10,526 bases of DNA, taken from assembly GCA_038247415.1 (NCBI GenBank), contig JBBRUX010000074.1, positions 1 to 10,526 on the forward strand, given 5' to 3'. The notes under the pieces are model-generated. The model saw nothing but the letters and a program-made list of their open reading frames with translations. It searched no databases and was not told where the DNA came from. This document shows, one piece after another, positions 1 through 5,714 of the stretch (position 1 is its first letter; each line of letters starts with the position of its first letter). This DNA comes from Chitinivibrionales bacterium. GTDB lineage: Bacteria > Fibrobacterota > Chitinivibrionia > Chitinivibrionales > WJKA01. Both the position numbers and the translations under genes were made by a program.

Positions 1-42
1 CCCCAAGTGTGGGGGTAGGGGGTTGGGCTATCAAGGAAAGCA

Positions 43-144
43 TTTTCCAAGTTGGATTTAAAGGGCTACCGAGCCCTTTCCATCATAATCAGTATCAGTT
101 TTTATTTTTCCAAGGTGGATATAAATGGCTACCTAGTCTTTTCC
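43..144. repeat. Two imperfect 39-bp direct repeats (43-81 and 106-144), 63-bp period, each containing palindromic segments
   Basis: TTTTCCAAGTTGGATTTAAAGGGCTACCGAGCCCTTTCC vs TTTTCCAAGGTGGATATAAATGGCTACCTAGTCTTTTCC, 33/39 identical. Copy 1 contains the perfect hairpin AAAGGGCT-ACCG-AGCCCTTT (60-79). Confidence 0.7.
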
Positions 145-187
145 CTGCAACTATCCAAGCCTTCCGCAGGAGGCTAGATTTTATCGC

Positions 188-1045
188 TTAAGCCTCCCCC
201 GCATCTGCATTCCTAAAATGCTTGGGCGACACCCCGCTAAATTTTTTAAACTGTGCCGAAAAGTAAAGGGGTTCATCGTATCCGCAGGTTATAGCAATTT
301 CTTTTATAGTTCGAGCAGAATTTTTTAAAAGGTATCCTGCCCAATTAAGCCGTTGAGCGATAAAAAATTGCATGGGCGAGACTTTGAAGTGTTTTTGGAA
401 TAAACGGTAGAAATGCGTCTGACTGCATCCTGCTTCTTTGGCTAGTTCTGCATTTGTTAGTGGACGATCCAGGTTTTTTTGGATATAATCTAACACTCGG
501 GTTAATTCTTGTGGATGAGCATGTTTAAGCTCTTTTCCTAAGCCCAGTAAAATTTCGTAGGCAAGTAGGGATATCTTTTCGGTGTTTTGTGAATTGCCTT
601 CTTTCAATAGTATATAGGCAGCTTTAAGCAAATGGGTAAATTCGGCAGGCGTGTTTGGGAGAATTACATCAGATTCGTATAATCCAGTGAGTCGGGTGAG
701 CTGATCTAAAAGCGGGCCACTCAGGGTGATAAAGCGCTTATGCAAAAATCCTGCACTGCCTACCCGATAGCGATGCTGCGATCCTTTTCTGAGAATAAAA
801 ATGCCGCCTGGCCAGATGGTGTATTCGCGGCTGTTTTGCAAAAAGATAGCATTTCCCATAGTAATTTGTTCTATACCAAATATTTCCGAGTTTGTTCTGC
901 TAAAAGATCGGTCGGCACCCCAACGCGAAACTCCAGCCGTTTCAATTGAAACCGGAGGGTTAAAAATTGCATGTTCAAGATTGTGGTGCCCAATCTGATA
1001 CTCATCAAATAAGGATGGGTTAATTTTATTATGGTAGGATTTCAT
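188..1045 (-). CDS. AraC/XylS-family transcriptional regulator
   Basis: 285 aa. C-terminal double HTH (LTNAELAKEAGCSQTHFYRLFQKHFKVSP...TIKEIAITCGYDEPLYFSAQFKKFSGVSPKHFR) and an N-terminal cupin-like sensing region. Divergent from a glycoside hydrolase gene. Confidence 0.95.
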   Translation of the reverse strand: MKSYHNKINPSLFDEYQIGHHNLEHAIFNPPVSIETAGVSRWGADRSFSRTNSEIFGIEQITMGNAIFLQNSREYTIWPGGIFILRKGSQHRYRVGSAGFLHKRFITLSGPLLDQLTRLTGLYESDVILPNTPAEFTHLLKAAYILLKEGNSQNTEKISLLAYEILLGLGKELKHAHPQELTRVLDYIQKNLDRPLTNAELAKEAGCSQTHFYRLFQKHFKVSPMQFFIAQRLNWAGYLLKNSARTIKEIAITCGYDEPLYFSAQFKKFSGVSPKHFRNADAGEA

Positions 1046-1068
1046 ATGTTTTAAGATACATTATTATA

Positions 1069-1097
1069 TTGAGTTGGTTTGTGCTTGAGGGTATATT
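1069..1097 (+). promoter_or_regulatory. Putative sigma70-type promoter of the GH57 gene
   Basis: TTGAGT (1069-1074), 17 nt, TATATT (1092-1097). The -10 hexamer is the same as in the rRNA/tRNA promoters of this window. Confidence 0.6.
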
Positions 1098-1144
1098 ATA
1101 TCAGTTGTTAAAGAATCGACAATTCACTTTTTTTGGGAGGTACG

Positions 1145-2365
1145 ATGAAGTATTGCGCAATTTTTCACGCAAACCTCAATTATGCTTATCTTCTACCGGA
1201 AAAGTACGAGTATGTAATCCGCAATAGCTATGAGCTTATTGTAGATACCATGCGCGAACAATTCCCTACTCAGAAGTATGTATTCGAGGCGTCGGGTTTT
1301 ACTATCGACAAAATTGCCGAACTCTGTCCCGATGTTATGGCAAAGTTTAAAGCTGCCGTTGATGCTGGTCAGTGCGAATTCATGGGATCACCCTATGCAC
1401 ATCTCATGATGTCAAACTTCCCAGAAGATATGGATATCTGGTCTCTCGAATTTTCTCAGGAAGCCTACGAACGCCACTTGGGCAAGCGTCTTGTGAGCGG
1501 TTGGAACCCAGAATGCGGCTGGATGTCATACGTTCCTCATGCATTCCAAAAAACGGGTTTCAAGCAGATTACTCTCGATTTCGAAGGTTATTCGCTTTCG
1601 TCAATGCCTGAAGTTCGCGCTGTAGAGTATAATTCCGATAAAGGTGCATGCTATGGCCTCGATCTTCCCTGGTACGATTTGCCAGGCGATGAAAAAGCTC
1701 TGCATTTCCCTTTCAAAAATATTGTTCCTGGTCTTAATGGGTTTACTCGTTCCGATCGCTTGTGTCAACCTGCACTTCGTTGGCTCATGGGTATGTATCC
1801 ATTCGAACAGTATATGGATCCTATTCGTAAATACAGCAAAAAAGACGAAGGTTGCCTTATCGTTTTTGCAGAAGATGCCGAATATATCGGTACTGCTGGC
1901 TGGTATTTCATGAAATACTACAAGCAATACGACCGTTTGTTCGAAAGAATGCCCGATGCAAAAGAAAAGTTCTGTCATTTCATGAATGTTATGCAAGACG
2001 AAATGAATGCAGAATTCATCTCCTTCGACTCTGCCTGCAACGATCTTCCTGCAGTCGAAAAGCCATTTTATGTTGAAGATGGTTTGGCATGGCATCGCGC
2101 TTGGTCAATCGCTTGGACATACACTCCAGAAGCGAAGGAATTCGATCCTATCGTTATGGGTCTACGCGACAAGGCATTGGCAGCGCAACAGACAGCCAAG
2201 AATCCTGCCGACCGTGCACGTATCCGTCAAGCATGGTATCATATTACCAGTGCCGCAAACTCAGATGGTCGCTGGCCTCCACCGCCCGATTTGGTCTGCC
2301 CTTTCAATAAAGAATGGGTTGCAGAACAGATTGCTTTGGCGCAAAAGGTACTTGTCGACTTCTGA
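1145..2365 (+). CDS. Glycoside hydrolase family 57 protein (alpha-galactosidase-like motif set), cytoplasmic
   Basis: GH57 conserved regions: FHANLNY, EFMGSPYAH, GWNPECGW (nucleophile Glu), FAEDAEYIG (acid/base Asp), AANSDGRW. Start moved to ATG 1145 behind GGAGG (1136-1140). No signal peptide. Confidence 0.85.
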   Translation: MKYCAIFHANLNYAYLLPEKYEYVIRNSYELIVDTMREQFPTQKYVFEASGFTIDKIAELCPDVMAKFKAAVDAGQCEFMGSPYAHLMMSNFPEDMDIWSLEFSQEAYERHLGKRLVSGWNPECGWMSYVPHAFQKTGFKQITLDFEGYSLSSMPEVRAVEYNSDKGACYGLDLPWYDLPGDEKALHFPFKNIVPGLNGFTRSDRLCQPALRWLMGMYPFEQYMDPIRKYSKKDEGCLIVFAEDAEYIGTAGWYFMKYYKQYDRLFERMPDAKEKFCHFMNVMQDEMNAEFISFDSACNDLPAVEKPFYVEDGLAWHRAWSIAWTYTPEAKEFDPIVMGLRDKALAAQQTAKNPADRARIRQAWYHITSAANSDGRWPPPPDLVCPFNKEWVAEQIALAQKVLVDF

Positions 2366-2392
2366 TAAACGGTATTTATCTTTAGTAAACAG

Positions 2393-2428
2393 AAAAGGAC
2401 GAATCAGCAATGATTCGTCCTTTTTTTT
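2393..2428. terminator. Bidirectional rho-independent terminator
   Basis: AAAAGGACGAATCA-GCAA-TGATTCGTCCTTTT followed by more T. Perfect stem with a GNRA loop, between the convergent GH57 and acidic ORFs. Confidence 0.9.
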
Positions 2429-2442
2429 GCTCTAGATTGTAA

Positions 2443-2521
2443 GTGCGCCCGGCAGGGCGCGCCTGCGTGAAGGCCCGGGTCAATTTCCCCAAGGGATCAA
2501 GGGGATTCGCATGCCGAGCAA
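2443..2521. other. GC-rich structured non-coding element of unknown identity (candidate ncRNA, group IIC intron 5' remnant, or tRNA-Arg 3' remnant)
   Basis: The minus strand folds into a 9-bp closing stem (UGCUCGGCA/UGCCGGGCG, two G-U pairs) enclosing UCCCC/GGGGA and GCCU/AGGC hairpins. The plus strand begins GTGCGCCCGGCAGGGCGC just after a terminator. Confidence 0.4.
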
Positions 2522-2541
2522 GAGGCTATAGGGGATGTAGA

Positions 2542-2721
2542 TTACAGCAGATCCGCGGCAGTGTCATCATCCTCGGTCAGAGCCCCAAGATCTGCTTTGC
2601 GATTGCCTGCAAAATCTAATTCGTCAACAGAAATTTCATCATCGGTAAGCAGGTCATCTTCTGGAAAATCCATGGATTCACGCAAAATATCATCTGCATC
2701 ATATATATCACTAGAAATCAT
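2542..2721 (-). CDS. Small highly acidic hypothetical protein (59 aa)
   Basis: ATG at 2721 with GGAGG 6 nt upstream (+ strand CCTCC 2728-2732). MISSDIYDADD...DDDTAADLL has 21 D/E and only 3 K/R. It ends upstream of the bidirectional terminator. Confidence 0.7.
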   Translation of the reverse strand: MISSDIYDADDILRESMDFPEDDLLTDDEISVDELDFAGNRKADLGALTEDDDTAADLL

Positions 2722-2826
2722 TTCCTGCCTCCGGGTGCGGGTGTGCAAAAGAATGTAGAGGAAAAATGCCTATAGTCCCAAAATGGCTATTGATAGGCTT
2801 CGGGTAGAAAACATAAATTATTTTTT

Positions 2827-2982
2827 ATGATTATGCCAAAAAAAATTCGAATTCCACTTCCCATTCAAGTCGAAAAAGTACACAAAGACAAATCTATGTA
2901 TACTCGCAAGGCTAAGCACCCTGCTACAATGGTTGCCCCTGAACAAGATAATATCCCACATTCTCAAAAAAAATCACGATAA
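2827..2982 (+). CDS. Small basic protein (51 aa) with an ArfA-like YxRKxKH motif; candidate alternative ribosome-rescue factor
   Basis: Manual translation: MIMPKKIRIPLPIQVEKVHKDKSMYTRKAKHPATMVAPEQDNIPHSQKKSR*. Absent from the ORF track (<60 aa). Upstream TTGATA (2790-2795), 18 nt, TAAATT (2814-2819) would put the transcription start at or near the ATG. Alternative start at 2833. Confidence 0.6.
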   Translation: MIMPKKIRIPLPIQVEKVHKDKSMYTRKAKHPATMVAPEQDNIPHSQKKSR

Positions 2983-2998
2983 TTTTTTACTTAATCGT

Positions 2999-3025
2999 TA
3001 AAGTCTTTAAGGAACCTGCCGATAC
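2999..3025 (+). promoter_or_regulatory. Sigma28 (FliA/SigD) promoter
   Basis: TAAA (2999-3002), N15, GCCGATAC (3018-3025). Extended form TAAAGTCT-N11-GCCGATAC vs the consensus TAAAGTTT-N11-GCCGATAA. Lies upstream of a FlgM-like gene. Confidence 0.8.
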
Positions 3026-3071
3026 TCAGTATAGGAGAGAGTGTAGCCTGTTCTAAAAGCGCCACAATAAC

Positions 3072-3103
3072 AAAAAAGCAAAGACAGTCGTCTTTGCCCT
3101 TTT
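3072..3103. terminator. Hairpin/terminator inside the sigma28 leader; better U-tract on the minus strand
   Basis: AAAAAA-GCAAAGAC-AGTC-GTCTTTGC-CC-TTTT, with a perfect 8-bp stem (3078-3085/3090-3097). Confidence 0.55.
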
Positions 3104-3185
3104 GCAATCGGCGGGAAGAGAAACGGCAATTTCCCTATGTTTAAGGTATCGGTATCTTATTTAAAAATCTTGAGTGTTATTTATC

Positions 3186-3449
3186 ATGATACAAGCATTA
3201 TCACACTACAGAATTTTAGACTATAAAGCTGCGAATGATCCCCGCGGCGTGGTGCGAGCTGCTGCTGCTTCTTCTACCGAAACTAAGCCATCAAGTTTTA
3301 AAGAGATTTTGGCAAAAAAAGAAGATATGAGTCGTAGTGAGCTTCTTAATTCGGTTCGTGAACGACTCAAAAAGGGCTTTTATAATTCAGATGCAGTTAT
3401 TGAGGATTTAAGCACCTCGTTTGCATCAGTCTTTAATCAGAAGCAATAG
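3186..3449 (+). CDS. FlgM-like anti-sigma28 factor
   Basis: 87 aa from ATG 3186 (GTG 3174 is an alternative). Low-complexity A/S N-terminal half. C-terminal SRSELLNSVRERLKKGFYNSDAVIEDLS matches the FlgM pattern R..kv..ik..i..G.Y..d....ia. Sigma28 promoter upstream. Confidence 0.65.
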   Translation: MIQALSHYRILDYKAANDPRGVVRAAAASSTETKPSSFKEILAKKEDMSRSELLNSVRERLKKGFYNSDAVIEDLSTSFASVFNQKQ

Positions 3450-3480
3450 TGTTAAAAATCGTTAAAAAAAGGAGTCTTTT

Positions 3481-3684
3481 ATGAAAGTTTCTAGCCCGCA
3501 GCCAGCAAGCGCCCCAGTTCCTCAAAGACCTGTTGTAAAACAAGACGAAGAAAAAGTGGCAGAAAAGAAACCTGCCGTTGTAGAAAAAAGCAGGGTAGCT
3601 ATCGAACCCGCCAAAGAAAAACCCGTTGAATCACGAGCTGAGCCTAACAATTCCCCAGCAAATGGAATCAATCTTACCGTCTAA
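3481..3684 (+). CDS. Small disordered P/E/K-rich protein with C-terminal G-I-N-L-T-V (YjfB/putative motility protein-like tail)
   Basis: 67 aa, AAGGAG RBS at about 3469-3474, followed by a terminator, directly downstream of the FlgM-like gene. Confidence 0.7.
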   Translation: MKVSSPQPASAPVPQRPVVKQDEEKVAEKKPAVVEKSRVAIEPAKEKPVESRAEPNNSPANGINLTV

Positions 3685-3705
3685 TTTGTTTGGTTGATAC
3701 TAATT

Positions 3706-3742
3706 AAAAAGCTTCGAGCCTCCGTGGTTCGAGGCTTTTTTT
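3706..3742 (+). terminator. Rho-independent terminator ending the sigma28 unit
   Basis: AAAAA-GCTTCGAGCC-TCCGT-GGTTCGAGGC-TTTTTTT. The 10-bp stem has two G-U pairs that form only on the + strand. Confidence 0.85.
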
Positions 3743-3786
3743 CTGCCGGTACACAAGCGTTGGTCCAGACTGTTTCAATTAATTCT

Positions 3787-3816
3787 TTGCCCTCCCCACG
3801 CCTTCCAGTGTATTTT
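3787..3816 (+). promoter_or_regulatory. Putative sigma70-type promoter of smpB (probably leaderless)
   Basis: TTGCCC (3787-3792), 18 nt, TATTTT (3811-3816). ATG at 3823 with no SD sequence. Confidence 0.45.
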
Positions 3817-3822
3817 TGTGCC

Positions 3823-4278
3823 ATGAAAATTATTTCTCAGAATCGTAAAGCGTATCACGATTATGATATTCTCGAAACTTTTGAAGCTGGTATTGTTCTA
3901 AGAGGCTCGGAAGTTAAATCAATCCGTGCTGCCAAAATTGTACTCGTGGATAGTTATATTGCAGTTGTAAAGGGTACTCTTATGCTTTACAACGCACACA
4001 TTAGCCAGTATACACAAAGCAGCATGTGGGCACCCGATCCATCGCGTGTTCGACCACTTCTCATGCATAAAAAAGAGATCGAGTATCTTGCTTCTGCGGT
4101 AGACCGAAAGCAAATGACCCTTATTCCTCTCAAAATTTATTTCGACAAGCAGTGGGTAAAGGTTGAGCTTGGTTTGTGCCGCGGAAGAAAAACCTACGAT
4201 AAACGACAAAAAATTGCCGAACAAGATTCCAAAAGACGTATTGCAGGTATTATGAAAGAGCACAGAAATGCTCATTAA
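3823..4278 (+). CDS. smpB: SsrA-binding protein SmpB
   Basis: NRKAYHDY..LETFEAGIVLRGSEVKSIR, RPLLMHKKEI, TLIPLKIYF, KVELGLCRGRKTYDKR. Start set to ATG 3823 (151 aa) because the longer ORF-track start runs through a terminator. Confidence 0.98.
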   Translation: MKIISQNRKAYHDYDILETFEAGIVLRGSEVKSIRAAKIVLVDSYIAVVKGTLMLYNAHISQYTQSSMWAPDPSRVRPLLMHKKEIEYLASAVDRKQMTLIPLKIYFDKQWVKVELGLCRGRKTYDKRQKIAEQDSKRRIAGIMKEHRNAH

Positions 4279-5530
4279 TGAGAATGTGGTAGCGCACATC
4301 AAAAATCGTTTGGTGTTCCTCCTGATACTTATGAGTATTGGCTTTGGTGCGTTTCCAACATATGCTGTGGTGACACTTCAAAAAAGCAGTGCCGATCGCC
4401 CTATCCCGGTGCGCGCACTGATTCGCAATAATCAAGTATATGTGGCGCTTCCGTCGGTGAGTGCAGCTCTTGGGTATACACTTACCCGGGGGAACATCTC
4501 CTTTACGCATAATCTTAAAAGCCAAACCGACAGCATCGTGCTGATCGAGGGAGCTGCTTGGTATACACGCGACGATACAACCTACCAGATGCGTGCTGTG
4601 CCGATACTGCGTTCGGATACGCTCTTTGTGGCAGCATCAGAAATTCCCGGTGTGTTTACACAAGGAAACGACCCCGGTTTACTATGGGACGAAGTGCGCA
4701 AAGTAATTGAGCCACGGCTTTTGGTTGGTTTACATGCTGGCACATCATTAGTCGGTTCGCCCGTGCGCGATTCGCAACCCCATCTTAAATCCTCTGCTGT
4801 TCCACCTGCTGCAAAAGAGAAGCTTCCTTTAATACGAACGATCGTTCTGGATCCCGGTCATGGTGGAAAAGACCCGGGTGCAATAGGACCCGATGGAATT
4901 CAGGAAAAAAATATTGTATTGCCTTTGGCGCTTATGGTTCGGGATGGGCTCAAAGCACGAGGCGGGTTTAAAATTTATCTTACCCGTGAGACCGATGTCT
5001 TTATTCCGCTTCGACAAAGAACAAAATTTGCCAATAGCAAGAAAGCAGATCTTTTTGTAAGCATTCATGCAAATAGCGTTGGTGGTCAGCAACGTCAAAA
5101 GGATGCAAAAGGGTATAAAATCTATTTCTTGTCGCAAGCGAAAAACGAAGAAGATAAACTCATTGCCATGCGAGAAAACTCGGTTGTGGACATGGAAGCC
5201 GAAACCGATAAGGGTAGCTATTTGCAAAATATTCTCGTTGATCTGGTTGGCAACGAATATCTTGCCGAGAGCGAGGATGTTTCTATCCTTATTGCAGAGG
5301 AGATCGCCACCAGTATGCCGTCTACCGTGGCACTTAATAAGGGCGTTGGGCAGGCTAATTTCTGGGTCCTTAATGGAAGTTATATGCCTTCTGTTCTTAT
5401 TGAAACTGGTTTTATTTCTCACCCAGAAGAGCAGAAACTCCTTGCAGATAAATCGTATCAGCGTAAAATGGCCGAAGCAATAGCAGACGCAGTCGTTCAA
5501 TTTCGGCAAAAGATCGAAAAGGGTTTGTAA
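4268..5530 (+). CDS. N-acetylmuramoyl-L-alanine amidase (Amidase_3, AmiA/B/C-like), exported
   Basis: IVLDPGHGGKDPGA, EK, LRQRTKFAN, FVSIHAN, MPSVLIETGFIS. N-terminal hydrophobic signal (LVFLLILMSIGFGAFPTYA). Start overlaps the smpB stop. Confidence 0.95.
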   Translation: MLINENVVAHIKNRLVFLLILMSIGFGAFPTYAVVTLQKSSADRPIPVRALIRNNQVYVALPSVSAALGYTLTRGNISFTHNLKSQTDSIVLIEGAAWYTRDDTTYQMRAVPILRSDTLFVAASEIPGVFTQGNDPGLLWDEVRKVIEPRLLVGLHAGTSLVGSPVRDSQPHLKSSAVPPAAKEKLPLIRTIVLDPGHGGKDPGAIGPDGIQEKNIVLPLALMVRDGLKARGGFKIYLTRETDVFIPLRQRTKFANSKKADLFVSIHANSVGGQQRQKDAKGYKIYFLSQAKNEEDKLIAMRENSVVDMEAETDKGSYLQNILVDLVGNEYLAESEDVSILIAEEIATSMPSTVALNKGVGQANFWVLNGSYMPSVLIETGFISHPEEQKLLADKSYQRKMAEAIADAVVQFRQKIEKGL

Positions 5531-5595
5531 TCAGACATTTTTGCGGTAACTATGCAAATTAAGCGTGATAGCACGATTCCAATTGATTAGATTGC

Positions 5596-5624
5596 TGGAC
5601 AGTTTGGCTTGCGAAGGATATTTT
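5596..5624 (+). promoter_or_regulatory. Putative sigma70-type promoter of the yebC-ruvCAB operon
   Basis: TGGACA (5596-5601), 17 nt, TATTTT (5619-5624). Confidence 0.5.
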
Positions 5625-5714
5625 ATAGCAGTCATCGAGATTTTTTCGAGTATCGGGTGCATCGAATACCATTAGTAATATCAGGTTATTTATCAACATA
5701 AGTGAGGGGGACGT

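Noticed and set aside
43..144. CRISPR array
   Set aside because: Only two divergent copies with a 24-bp spacer and no cas genes in the window; kept as an unexplained repeat.
2542..2814. Upstream in-frame extension of the acidic ORF through a TAG (MFSTRSLSIAILGL*AFFLYILLHTRTRR...), which looks like a membrane anchor interrupted by an amber codon
   Set aside because: ATG 2721 has its own strong GGAGG RBS. The hydrophobic codons are expected from T-rich divergent-promoter DNA. TAG serves as a normal stop at 3447-3449, so there is no evidence of recoding.
2968..2988. Terminator or RNase III hairpin that would make the ArfA-like mRNA non-stop, as in arfA/brfA regulation
   Set aside because: Only a weak all-A/T pairing (AAAAAAT/ATTTTTT) spanning the stop codon is visible, which is not enough to claim tmRNA-dependent regulation.
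3033..3046. AGGAG followed by GTG-TAG start-stop mini-ORF
   Set aside because: SD-to-start spacing of only 3 nt is too short to be credible.
3061..3140. c-di-GMP-I riboswitch in the FlgM-like leader, prompted by GCAAA
   Set aside because: It lacks the two-hairpin GNRA tetraloop/receptor architecture; the GCAAAGAC is fully paired in a simple hairpin.
2431..3185. Possible tmRNA (ssrA), SRP or 6S RNA near smpB, prompted by GGGGATGT at 2531
   Set aside because: No GGATTCGAC-like 5' motif in register, no T-arm/CCA 3' end, no SRP GGAA-loop motif and no long 6S-like rod found by eye.
3694..3822. 43-aa N-terminal extension of SmpB in the ORF track
   Set aside because: It spans a terminator and the probable promoter; SmpB homology starts at MKIISQNRKA (3823).
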